Below, one piece after another: positions 1 to 8,956 of a DNA stretch of 37,130 bases; the first letter of the stretch is position 1, and each line of letters opens with the position of its first letter. Under the pieces are notes generated by a model. The model saw only the letters and a program-made list of their open reading frames with translations. It did not search any database and was not told where the DNA came from. The DNA is from Fidelibacterota bacterium (lineage in GTDB: Bacteria > Fidelibacterota > Fidelibacteria > Fidelibacterales > DSDE01), in NCBI GenBank assembly GCA_046735395.1, contig JBJKQR010000064.1, positions 1 to 37,130 of the forward strand, read 5' to 3'. Both the position numbers and the translations under genes were made by a program.

Positions 1-51
1 ATGATACGCTTTCTGGGCCTCGATATTCGTTCTGATTTGTCCTATACCCAT
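1..51 (-). CDS. fliC: Flagellin, N-terminal 17 codons (runs off left edge)
   Basis: Reverse complement reads AAGGAG-TGTTACC-ATG, translating to MGIGQIRTNIEAQKAYH, which resembles the flagellin N-terminal I-x-T-N-I-x-A-x-x-A motif. It has a sigma28 promoter and CsrA-type hairpins upstream and lies downstream of fliW/csrA. Only 17 codons are visible. Confidence 0.85.
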   Translation of the reverse strand, partial: MGIGQIRTNIEAQKAYH

Positions 52-54
52 GGT

Positions 55-68
55 AACACTCCTTTGTT
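55..68 (-). promoter_or_regulatory. Shine-Dalgarno within a GGA-loop hairpin (putative CsrA site 2)
   Basis: mRNA AACA-AAGGAG-UGUU: 4-bp stem with the SD/GGA in the loop, just upstream of the flagellin ATG. Confidence 0.7.
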
Positions 69-74
69 CTTCGC

Positions 75-88
75 GGGCTTCCCTGCCC
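75..88 (-). promoter_or_regulatory. GGA-loop hairpin (putative CsrA site 1) in flagellin leader
   Basis: mRNA GGGC-AGGGAA-GCCC: GC stem with ANGGA in a hexaloop, the same architecture as CsrA sites in the Bacillus hag leader. Confidence 0.75.
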
Positions 89-109
89 TTTTGTGTTTAC
101 TCACTGATA

Positions 110-136
110 TTATCGGCGGATATTTCGCAGTCTTTA
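110..136 (-). promoter_or_regulatory. Sigma28 (FliA) promoter of flagellin
   Basis: Minus strand TAAAGACT-N11-GCCGATAA versus consensus TAAAGTTT-N11-GCCGATAA; AT-rich tract upstream (137-300). Confidence 0.92.
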
Positions 137-325
137 ATAATATTTAGCAATAATATAAGAATTTCATATAATATCCGCTATAATAAGCATGATATCAGCA
201 TATCGCATAGCTATCATCAGTATTCAGAATCTTTATATACTATTAATTAATAATGCACTGATTATCAGAAATAATAATATTTCAATCGAAGTTGGAATTA
301 CGCCGTTGTGTTGTTCAGCGCAGGA

Positions 326-1690
326 TCACATCATGGTTTTCAGGATCTCTTCGGCCTTGTCCCGGTGCCCGGTTTTCACATAAAGTCCGGCCAGCAGTTT
401 CAGATCGGCCGTTTCCGGCGCATGATAGGTCAGCATGGTCTGGATAATACGGATGGCTTCATTGAATTCCTGTTGATTTATAAGCAGTTTGACAAGTAAA
501 TCAAAATATTTTTTATCGTTGAAGGTTCTCACGGCGGAGAGCAGGAGTCGGGTCGCGTCCTGATTTCTCCCGGATTTCAGATAGGCATCTGTCAGAAAAT
601 CCACCGATTCACAGGTGGGGTTATCCAGTGATTCCAATATGGGAATACAGTCCTCAAACCGGCCTTCCCCATGCAGCAGCAATCCTTTTTGAAGGAGAAT
701 GAAATCATCATTCACCTGGATTTCGCCGGGAAGGCTTGTTCCGGAACGCCGCAGTTTACGGGATTTCCCCAGTAGTTGCTCAAGGGCGTCCAGCGCCGGC
801 TGCAGCCGCTTCAGTGCCTTTTCAATAGAATAGAGAAGATAATAGGCTGCTGCCTGATCCGGAACCAGTTTGATGCTTCGGCCCAGGAATTTTCGGGCCT
901 TATCGAACTGAGCGAGATAAAAAAGTGATTCGGCATATGAATTCAGCAGGGCCGCTGTCATGGAATTATCCAGATTGCCTGTTTCGAGGGCTTTTCCAAA
1001 CCAGGACACGGCATTTTCGTGATCATCCAGAAGGGCATACTGCTTGGCAAGGCCGAACATCAGGTAGGCATTGTCAGGTTCATCCCGGCAGCTTTTCAGC
1101 AGAATGGAAATATTTCTCAGATATTTCTGTTCCATCACCTCCGGCTCCAGATCGTAACCCATGTGAAGAATCGTTATCCCTGAAGGCTTCTCCCGGCCCC
1201 CGATGGCAGCCAGCGCCGGTGAGATCTGTTCATGAATCATCCCGGAAAAACGGATATCGGACTGGCGAGTGAAGAGACGATGTCCGGTGGACAGATAGGT
1301 ATAACGGCCCTTGTCCTTCACATTGCGGATCATGACACGGTATGCCGTCGGCGTGTCCGGCCGGGTTGCCACAATTTTTTTCAATTCAGGAATGGATTCG
1401 GCCTCCAGCCGTTCATCCGCATCCAGCCACAGGATCCAGTCTCCGGTGGCCGGCTCCAGCGATGCATTGCGGGCATCGGAAAAACTGCCGTTCCAGGGAA
1501 AGGAAAAGACATGTGCTCCGAAACGACGGGCAATATCCACGCTGTCATCGGATGAGCCCGTATCACAGACGATGATCTCGTCCACGACGCTCTGAATGCT
1601 TTCCAGACAGGCCGGCAGGAATTCGGCCTCGTCTTTAACGATCAGGCAGGCTGAGAGCCTGGGTGATGTTGAAACGGGGCCTGAAAACAT
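326..1690 (-). CDS. GT2 glycosyltransferase with C-terminal TPR repeats (probable flagellin glycosyltransferase)
   Basis: LSACLIVKDE, DTGSSD, FSDARN and WLDADE (DxD) GT2 motifs followed by helical TPR-like repeats. ATG at 1690, just after the upstream stop, is preferred over TTG at 1720. Confidence 0.9.
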   Translation of the reverse strand: MFSGPVSTSPRLSACLIVKDEAEFLPACLESIQSVVDEIIVCDTGSSDDSVDIARRFGAHVFSFPWNGSFSDARNASLEPATGDWILWLDADERLEAESIPELKKIVATRPDTPTAYRVMIRNVKDKGRYTYLSTGHRLFTRQSDIRFSGMIHEQISPALAAIGGREKPSGITILHMGYDLEPEVMEQKYLRNISILLKSCRDEPDNAYLMFGLAKQYALLDDHENAVSWFGKALETGNLDNSMTAALLNSYAESLFYLAQFDKARKFLGRSIKLVPDQAAAYYLLYSIEKALKRLQPALDALEQLLGKSRKLRRSGTSLPGEIQVNDDFILLQKGLLLHGEGRFEDCIPILESLDNPTCESVDFLTDAYLKSGRNQDATRLLLSAVRTFNDKKYFDLLVKLLINQQEFNEAIRIIQTMLTYHAPETADLKLLAGLYVKTGHRDKAEEILKTMM

Positions 1691-1694
1691 GGTT

Positions 1695-2714
1695 TTATCC
1701 CAGATTACTTTCGATGTCAATAAATCGATCCATGCGGTCAGATGCGGTCAGACGATCTACAAGCCGCTTGAAATCCACCTTGATCACGCGCTCTTTTTCC
1801 GCATCCAGCACAAAGGCCAGGATTCCGTTGGACGCAATATTCTTCATGACTTTCTGATAATCGTGAAAAGCTTTTTTTGACTGCATTTCGAGCTGAGCGA
1901 GAAAAATATCCTCACGGACAATCTTTTCATCCTCCTCGATCCGGTTGACGAAGCGTTTCAGCAGGGCGAGGATTTCCTTTTCCGACGGATCGATAATTCG
2001 GGAACTCTGTGAAGCCGCGTCAGTGGATACAATCGTATTCATCGTGATCTTGTTCTTCGCTTCGTAGCGGGAACGGCAGAATTCAGCGAAATGCTTGAAG
2101 GTCTCCATATCGTCCACGAGAAAGACATGTTCGTGGGCGGATCCTGCTTTTTGCTTGGCCAGGCCATGATTGGCAAGCTGCGTCATGATCTTCTGAACCT
2201 TTTCAAGTTTCTGGCCGGACATAAATGCGATATCTTCCGCTGCTGTGTCAAAATAAATGAATCGGGTATCCAGATGTTCTTCGTAGGCATGTGTGAGAAA
2301 ATGGTAGAGCAGATACACAACCTGCCGCTTCCCGTCCTCCGGATCGCTGCCGCCATGCCGTGCATTGGCTTCCTTCAGCCGGTCCACAATAATGGAAAAG
2401 AAGGTTTTCATTGTCTTCGGCAATGTTTCCATCTGCTTATTGAACATGACACGATTGATTTCATGACAGATGATATCGGTTTCCGCCACGACGGTGGCTG
2501 AGCGGATCTGGTCACCGAACAACGCCATTTCACCAAAGATATCACCCGGTTTCAAATGAGCGATGATGACCTTTTTCCCGTCCTTGTTCACGGATATTTC
2601 AGCATGTCCGGCAATGATGATAAACATGCTGTGCCCCGCATCCCCCTCTGTGAAGATAACGTGGCCCATGCTGAAATTCCGAATCGTTCTTTTTTCCAGA
2701 TAATTTGTGTCCAT
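1695..2714 (-). CDS. Cyclic-nucleotide-binding domain protein (Crp/Fnr-like) with extended C-terminus
   Basis: VIFTEGDAG and GDIFGEMALFGDQIRSATVVA phosphate-binding cassette, followed by about 210 aa of helical/winged-helix-like sequence. Confidence 0.85.
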   Translation of the reverse strand: MDTNYLEKRTIRNFSMGHVIFTEGDAGHSMFIIIAGHAEISVNKDGKKVIIAHLKPGDIFGEMALFGDQIRSATVVAETDIICHEINRVMFNKQMETLPKTMKTFFSIIVDRLKEANARHGGSDPEDGKRQVVYLLYHFLTHAYEEHLDTRFIYFDTAAEDIAFMSGQKLEKVQKIMTQLANHGLAKQKAGSAHEHVFLVDDMETFKHFAEFCRSRYEAKNKITMNTIVSTDAASQSSRIIDPSEKEILALLKRFVNRIEEDEKIVREDIFLAQLEMQSKKAFHDYQKVMKNIASNGILAFVLDAEKERVIKVDFKRLVDRLTASDRMDRFIDIESNLG

Positions 2715-2960
2715 AAATCTCTATCCTGATTTATTGTCCTGACCGGTTCCCCTTATACGGTCTGCTCCTGATCGGCATTCCGGTTAATATACAAATCATA
2801 TCCTGCTTTAACAGGAAAAAAAACATAGAGCTTCGGGATGTCAGGCCTGCAGGCTCTGCTGTGAATGGGCTTCATTAAAGGACTCACCGGATATAATTCA
2901 TTTTCATTCGATTCGTAAGCCTGTGATCGACAGCACATCATAAGGTTTCATATGGAGCTA

Positions 2961-5900
2961 TCACGATCCCGGTTCCAGAGATTTCTCCAGGTCGGCAATC
3001 ATGATGCGGTCGGGGTTCAGTTTTTTCAGGATATTCAGGGTTTCCCGGGCCTGATCCGCGGCGCCGGCATCCCGGTAAATCTCAAAGAGCCGGACATGAG
3101 TGGTAATATCCTCGGGGTGCGTATCCCGTATCTGCAGAAAAAGCCGGATGGCTTCCTCATATTCCTCCAGAACCAGCAGGACTTCGGCCAGGTTTCGCCG
3201 TGCATCCAGATGGGACAGATCCTTTTCCACCGCGGTCAGAAAAAGAAACCGGGCATTTTCGTAATCCTGGCTTTCAAAGGCGATGATACCGGATTGATTA
3301 TAGGCATCCGCATGATCCGGATACTGGGCAAGCAGTTTTCTGAGACAGAACAGGGCTTCATCCGGCTGCTCCTTCAGCTTCCAGGTGAGCGCCATCCCGT
3401 ACAACGCCGCAGAATCCAGGGGATTTTCCCTGAGAATGGATTCAAAAATACTTTTCGCATCCTCAAAACGGGATTCGAGAAGGGCTTGTGAAGCGGTTTC
3501 AATACGGGCCTGGTGTGACTCTGTCAGCGTTCCCGTCCGTTCCAGAAGTTCCTCCATGTCCACATCGGGCCATTTTTTATGAAAGAGTTCTCCCCTGCTT
3601 TTCAGACTCCCGGAATAATCGATTTGATTCACCTGAAAGGTTCTGGAGCCGAAATGATGAATGATTACGGATTCATCCACCATCAGAGCATAGCCTTCCT
3701 TCCGGATGCGGAGGCAGAGATCATCATCTTCAAAATTTCCGCTTCCGAACTGTTCATCAAATCCGTTCAGACTCTGAAAGAGCGATGTTCTGATGAGCAG
3801 CGCAAACCCGGCAAGACGCCGCCGTGGAGAAAATTTACCTAAAAACTGCTGCGACAGTTTTGCGGCATAATCATGATAGCCCTGCTCATCCGTGTAGGGG
3901 ACATCGGCGATCATCTGCGCTCCGCTGATGAAATTTGTAAGCGGGCCCACCATCCCGATTCCTTCATCCCGTGTCAGCAGAGCAAGCATGCTGTCGAGCC
4001 AGCCGTCATGAACCAGAACATCGTTGTTGAGAAACAGCAGGTATTTGCCACGGGCTTTTTCCGCTCCCTGGTTATTCCCTTTCGCAAAACCGAGATTGCG
4101 GCTGTTATCCACAATCATAACATTGGAATGAGCTCGGGCCAGCTCTCTCAGGTATTTTTTTGTTCCATCCTCTGATCCGTTATCCACACAGACAAGCTCA
4201 AAGGGGTGCTGAGTCGCTGCAAAAATGGAATCCACAGCCCTCTGTGTATACTCCAGAGCATTCCAGGTCAACATGATGATGGAAACCAGCGGGTCATTGC
4301 CGGCCGCATCAGCAGGAAGCTGAGCTTCATGGGCAAAGAGTCCGGCCTCCGCATTGTACCGGGCATTCCGGGGATGAAACCAATCGATGCCCCATAAAGT
4401 ATCAGGCTTCGGAACCCCGTTCTCACCGTAATGACGGACAAGTTTGAGGTACAGCAGATCACTGCTTTCCTGAACAAGTTTGGCCGTACGTTTCGAGCCG
4501 GTTTTCCGGAAACTGTGCTGGCCTTCATGATAAACAAAGACATCCCGGGCGACCTTCAGCGTATAGCCTTTCAGGCGCAGGCGCCAGCTCATATCCAGAT
4601 CATCATTGCCCAGAAACAGCTGAGGGTCCAGAAATCCGATTTCCTTCAGCCGATCATAGCGGGCCATGAGACAGAAGCCGGTAAGCAGCGGTGTCTCCAG
4701 CGCCTCTTCCCGGTACCATGAATAATATTTTTCGGTGATCTCATCCACGTTCTTGAGATGAGAAATATCTTTTTTCGTATGCCGGTCAATATTCTGAAGG
4801 GCCGCGGCATAATTGGACAGCGGACCCACGGCAGCAACGAGGCTGTCCGTCTCAAAATGAAACTGCAGCCGATCCAGCCATTCATGGGATACAAGTGTAT
4901 CAGGATTGAGCAGAACAATATATTCGCCCGATGAAACCCGGATTCCCACATTGGTGGCGTCCGCGAATCCCATGTTCCTGGGGTTCTGAATCAGCCGGCA
5001 TCTCTCCCGTCCCTCAAATATCTTTTTCACAATGGAAACGGTATCATCTCCGCCCGCATTATCGACGACAATGATTTCATCATAGAATCCCAGCGTCCGG
5101 AATACGCTGAGCAGACAGCGCTCGATCGTTTCCGCCGATTTATAGGTAACAATTACAATAGATCGGCCGGAGCTCCTTTTTTCAGGTTTCGCGTCGGGAT
5201 TCCGCGGATGATAGAGTTTAATGACGGAATTATCTGAAAGTTGCTGGTGCCCGTCTTCCTGAATGCTGAAATCCGGGAGCGCCTGCCCGGTCCACTTTTT
5301 CTGAAAACGAAGCAGATTCTCCTTTTCACGGGCAAAGCGCAGCGGCCCCGATTTACTTTCAAAATGGGTGACGACGGATTCAGGCTGATAAATGAGGCGT
5401 CCGCCCAGCTTTCTGAGGCGCATGCAGAGATCCACATCCTCATAGCCATTTATAAATTCTTCATCAAAGGCTCCGGCTTCATCGAAGGCTGTACGACGGA
5501 TCAGGAGACAGGCTGCGGTCAGCGCCTGAAATTCACGAATCTGCGAGGTCGTCGGCCCGTCCTGTTTACCGTAATCCACGTGCCAGGCCTCCAGGCCCGC
5601 TCCGGACATGCGGTTTTCCACGAGGGCCACACCTGCATGCTGCACCGTCCCGTCCGGGTGAAGAAGTTTGGATCCCACGGCCAGCACATCATCGTCATTA
5701 TCGGCGATGGCCAGCAGAGATTCCAGCCAGCCGTCCCTCACCTCCGTATCATTATTCAGAAGCAGCAGGTAGGGAGATGCGGACATCATGGCCGCCTGGT
5801 TATTGGCCCGGGCAAAACCCAGATTCTCCTCATTGCGGATCAGTGTAAATTTATCCCGGGTCCGCGAAGCGATTTCCAGCCAGGAGGCGGTTTCCGTATC

Positions 5901-8063
5901 CGAGCCGTTGTCAACGACATAGAGCTGAAAAACGTCTTCCGGAGTATGCCGGTATACTGATTCAATGCAATTCCGTGTATATTCGGGCTGATTCCATACA
6001 GGGATAATAATGGATACTTTTGCATGCCTGTCTTGTCTCAGGCCTTCATAACAGCGCAGCCAATCCATAGCCCGTGATGCAACGGTTCTCTGCGACAGGA
6101 CATAGCGTGCCGCATTTTCCCTGATTCGTTCCAGAAGATCAGGATTCTGAATCAGCATCCGAATTTTTTCCGCCCATTCTTCCGGATCCTCAGTGGATAC
6201 CAGCAATCCGGTTTCGCCATCCCGGACCGTATTTTCGTAGGGCGTAAAACGGGAATAGATACCGGCAATATGCAGGGCGGCATATTCGAGAAATTTCACT
6301 TCACTCTTGCCGCGATTGAATTCATTGAAATGCAGCGGAGCCAGTCCGATGTCCAGAGACGCGCCATCCAGGCGCCGGGCATAGCCGGCCAGAGTATCGG
6401 CTCCCGCTATGTATTCCACACGATCGTCTCCGGCAAATTCCTCCGGGAGATAATTCATGAAGACAAGCTGCACTCTGTCGGGAAATTCTTCCTGAATTTT
6501 CCGGAGCGCCGGGATCACCTGCTGAAAATCCTTTTTATGGGTTACGGTACCGGCATAGCCGATGCGAATCCGTGACCCGGAAAACCGATGAGCACGATGA
6601 CGGAAAAACTCCTCATCTATCTGATTGGGGAGCACCGTTACGGCCGGGTTGTATTTCATAAAGCTTTCCCGCAATGCGGGCGTGGAAACCGTAACATGAT
6701 TCACGGAGGCGAGAAACTCGCTGATGATTTTTTTAATACGCGGACTGCTGTAATGGGCATGGTTCGGATTGTCCGGCGGAATTTCGAGTAGATTGTCGTC
6801 AATTTCGTACACGGTGGGAATGCCCCGGCCCCTCACATAATGAAGAATCTTGAGAAAATTTTCATGGTCGATACGCTGAAAGACAACCAGGTCCACATTG
6901 ACAAAATCCTTGTCGGTGACCGTACCTCCGTCCGCAATCACGATAACCCGGTAACTGAGAAGTTTTCGCCGGCTCAATTCCCGGAGCGGACTGAGAAGCC
7001 GCACCTGCGGCACGGCGCCGCGGTTATGCGTAAGCACAAGAACCGAGAGAGGAGCCTTCTCCCCGGAAAACATTTCGCCTCCCGGTACGTCCTCCGTATT
7101 TTTCCCGGCCCCCGGGCCCAGCGACCAGCCGGGTTCATTGGCGTCCGGCACATCGGGATATGTGTCCTCCGTCACATCGGCGGCGGCGACAGGCCAGTCT
7201 ACCCGTGCATCACCGGTCTTTCGGACTAATACGGCCGACACCTCAAATCCGGCAGACTGTTCCGCGTCCCGGTAGCGCTCTTCGTATAGCTGCGGGATGA
7301 GAAAATGAGGCCGTTCCAGGACTGTCCCCACTATCTCGAATCCGGTAAATTCATTGAACAGGCCCTTCCAGGCCGTATCCGAGTATCGATAGTAATCCCA
7401 GGGCATATCGTGCATTCCCACGGCCTGATGAGTCTGTATGTAGGCATAGCCGCCCTGTTTCAGCACCCGATTGATCTCCAGCGCCGCCTTCCAGGGCATG
7501 ATGAGATGCTCAAAAACCCAGACAGACAGGACTGCATCATAGCTCTCCCTGCCCACCACCGAACTCATATCGTGAATGTCCGCGACAAAATCGACACCCT
7601 CGTCATCAATAATATCCAGAACATCCACATTGAAGTCGGAGAGAACGTCCTTGCGGCTCAGTCCCGAACGGGCCCGCCCGCCGATATCCAGAATGCGTCC
7701 GCCGACAGGAAGATGCGAAAAGAATTTCGTGCTGAGACGGTCCAGATCCTGATAGCTGCTGCGAAATTCCTTCAGTTCCTCCGCGCCGAGTTCCACGGCC
7801 TGCCCCTCAAACTGAAAGGTCAGGGAAAGATCTCCGGGAAACCGGTCTTCCGTCAGAAGAATCATGATTTCAAAGGATTCCGCCGGAATCATCACGCCCG
7901 CAGGCTGACCGCTCACACGGAACTGAAAGGCTGACAGGATCCCGGATCGGCAATCCACGGATTCCAGCTTCAGTTCGGAATCTTCCTCCTTTGAATACCA
8001 GCCTTTCAGGCGCAGGACTGAGAAAAATTTTGCTATCACATCAAAATGAATTTTAGGCTTCAT
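2961..8063 (-). CDS. 1700-aa multidomain protein: class I SAM methyltransferase + GT4-like + three GT2 + TPR
   Basis: RILDIGG...VFEHL..P...RVLKQGG (methyltransferase); YEIDDNL, IGYAGT..H, DIGLAPL...KSEVKFLEY (GT4-like); three SII...VDN...NxGFA...LNxD repeats (GT2); C-terminal TPRs. Confidence 0.9.
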   Translation of the reverse strand: MKPKIHFDVIAKFFSVLRLKGWYSKEEDSELKLESVDCRSGILSAFQFRVSGQPAGVMIPAESFEIMILLTEDRFPGDLSLTFQFEGQAVELGAEELKEFRSSYQDLDRLSTKFFSHLPVGGRILDIGGRARSGLSRKDVLSDFNVDVLDIIDDEGVDFVADIHDMSSVVGRESYDAVLSVWVFEHLIMPWKAALEINRVLKQGGYAYIQTHQAVGMHDMPWDYYRYSDTAWKGLFNEFTGFEIVGTVLERPHFLIPQLYEERYRDAEQSAGFEVSAVLVRKTGDARVDWPVAAADVTEDTYPDVPDANEPGWSLGPGAGKNTEDVPGGEMFSGEKAPLSVLVLTHNRGAVPQVRLLSPLRELSRRKLLSYRVIVIADGGTVTDKDFVNVDLVVFQRIDHENFLKILHYVRGRGIPTVYEIDDNLLEIPPDNPNHAHYSSPRIKKIISEFLASVNHVTVSTPALRESFMKYNPAVTVLPNQIDEEFFRHRAHRFSGSRIRIGYAGTVTHKKDFQQVIPALRKIQEEFPDRVQLVFMNYLPEEFAGDDRVEYIAGADTLAGYARRLDGASLDIGLAPLHFNEFNRGKSEVKFLEYAALHIAGIYSRFTPYENTVRDGETGLLVSTEDPEEWAEKIRMLIQNPDLLERIRENAARYVLSQRTVASRAMDWLRCYEGLRQDRHAKVSIIIPVWNQPEYTRNCIESVYRHTPEDVFQLYVVDNGSDTETASWLEIASRTRDKFTLIRNEENLGFARANNQAAMMSASPYLLLLNNDTEVRDGWLESLLAIADNDDDVLAVGSKLLHPDGTVQHAGVALVENRMSGAGLEAWHVDYGKQDGPTTSQIREFQALTAACLLIRRTAFDEAGAFDEEFINGYEDVDLCMRLRKLGGRLIYQPESVVTHFESKSGPLRFAREKENLLRFQKKWTGQALPDFSIQEDGHQQLSDNSVIKLYHPRNPDAKPEKRSSGRSIVIVTYKSAETIERCLLSVFRTLGFYDEIIVVDNAGGDDTVSIVKKIFEGRERCRLIQNPRNMGFADATNVGIRVSSGEYIVLLNPDTLVSHEWLDRLQFHFETDSLVAAVGPLSNYAAALQNIDRHTKKDISHLKNVDEITEKYYSWYREEALETPLLTGFCLMARYDRLKEIGFLDPQLFLGNDDLDMSWRLRLKGYTLKVARDVFVYHEGQHSFRKTGSKRTAKLVQESSDLLYLKLVRHYGENGVPKPDTLWGIDWFHPRNARYNAEAGLFAHEAQLPADAAGNDPLVSIIMLTWNALEYTQRAVDSIFAATQHPFELVCVDNGSEDGTKKYLRELARAHSNVMIVDNSRNLGFAKGNNQGAEKARGKYLLFLNNDVLVHDGWLDSMLALLTRDEGIGMVGPLTNFISGAQMIADVPYTDEQGYHDYAAKLSQQFLGKFSPRRRLAGFALLIRTSLFQSLNGFDEQFGSGNFEDDDLCLRIRKEGYALMVDESVIIHHFGSRTFQVNQIDYSGSLKSRGELFHKKWPDVDMEELLERTGTLTESHQARIETASQALLESRFEDAKSIFESILRENPLDSAALYGMALTWKLKEQPDEALFCLRKLLAQYPDHADAYNQSGIIAFESQDYENARFLFLTAVEKDLSHLDARRNLAEVLLVLEEYEEAIRLFLQIRDTHPEDITTHVRLFEIYRDAGAADQARETLNILKKLNPDRIMIADLEKSLEPGS

Positions 8064-8184
8064 ATGTCAACCATTTGAATTATCAGGATTTTGCAGGACC
8101 AGGACAGCAGCAGCTAAAATTTGTATTTCGCAGAATTCGGTGTCGATAAATATCATTTCAACCTTCTGATGAAAAAGAGCGCGA

Positions 8185-8210
8185 GACAGGCGCAGAGACA
8201 GCAGCCTGTC
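8185..8210 (-). terminator. Possible hairpin/terminator downstream of csrA
   Basis: GACAGGC...GCCTGTC inverted repeat just after the csrA stop; the U-run is several nt away from the stem, so support is weak. Confidence 0.35.
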
Positions 8211-8215
8211 AACGA

Positions 8216-8443
8216 TCAGAGAAGACGTTTGAGTTCCGTGAGGAGGTCCATATCCTTCAGAGCGGACAGAGCCGCGATATTTTCCTCTACGATACGGGAA
8301 TAGATTTCTTCGCGATAGATTCCAACTTCCTTGGGGGCATCGATCCCGATTTTAATATGGCCTGATTTAATTTCCAGAATCCGCACGACCACATCGCTGC
8401 CGATTCTGAAACTGTCACCGGACTTCCTTGTCAATATCAGCAT
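8216..8443 (-). CDS. csrA: Carbon storage regulator / translational repressor CsrA
   Basis: MLILTRKSGDSFRIG...IKIGIDAPKEVGIYREEIY with the C-terminal extension (EENIAA) typical of FliW-controlled CsrA; strong SD. Confidence 0.97.
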   Translation of the reverse strand: MLILTRKSGDSFRIGSDVVVRILEIKSGHIKIGIDAPKEVGIYREEIYSRIVEENIAALSALKDMDLLTELKRLL

Positions 8444-8505
8444 TCTCCCTCCCTGGAGATCAGTTTAGTTGATCCGTATCAATTTACGGTTCTGTTTCCC
8501 GCATA

Positions 8506-8946
8506 TCAAACTTTGTTGAGAATGAAATCAACCGGCAGCCCGGGTTCATCCAGAATAATCTGGCTTCCCTGGAGATCCTGTTTCCGGATACAGACCGGCG
8601 CCTTCAGATTTGCCGTGAATATTTTCCGTTCCCGATCGAGCTTGAGTACCAGCAGAATATCGTATTTTTCACGGGTAATCCCGGATTTCACTAACGTGTC
8701 GACCAGCAGGCTGAGTCCGTTCTCGATTTTCAGGATGGACAGACTGAGAACGAGAAGAGAAAAATTTTCCTCATCCAGGGACGACAGCATCTGAAACGGT
8801 GGAAAATCGTCGATATCATTGATGACAAAACGTGTCAATGACTCGAAACCGGGAAGCCCGTACTTAAAATTGATGGGCTTCAGATCGGGCAGCGCCGGGT
8901 CCATCGATTCATTGCCGGTGTGTGTGGTGGTTGACATACTTTCCAT
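8506..8946 (-). CDS. fliW: Flagellar assembly factor FliW
   Basis: INFKYGLPGFE, TANLKAPVCI and QIILD motifs; lies between flgL and csrA. Confidence 0.92.
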   Translation of the reverse strand: MESMSTTTHTGNESMDPALPDLKPINFKYGLPGFESLTRFVINDIDDFPPFQMLSSLDEENFSLLVLSLSILKIENGLSLLVDTLVKSGITREKYDILLVLKLDRERKIFTANLKAPVCIRKQDLQGSQIILDEPGLPVDFILNKV

Positions 8947-8956
8947 TTCCTCCTCC

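Noticed and set aside
50..499. Short + strand ORFs at 50-250, 189-383 and 308-499
   Set aside because: They overlap the flagellin promoter/AT-rich spacer or the GT gene end and have no protein-like features
2769..2810. Possible sigma28 promoter (GCCGATCA) upstream of the cNMP gene
   Set aside because: There is no TAAA at the 15-nt spacing; the nearest TAAAG is too far upstream
8142..8149. GTCGATAA sigma28 -10-like motif on the + strand
   Set aside because: No correctly spaced -35, and it is antisense to all neighbouring genes
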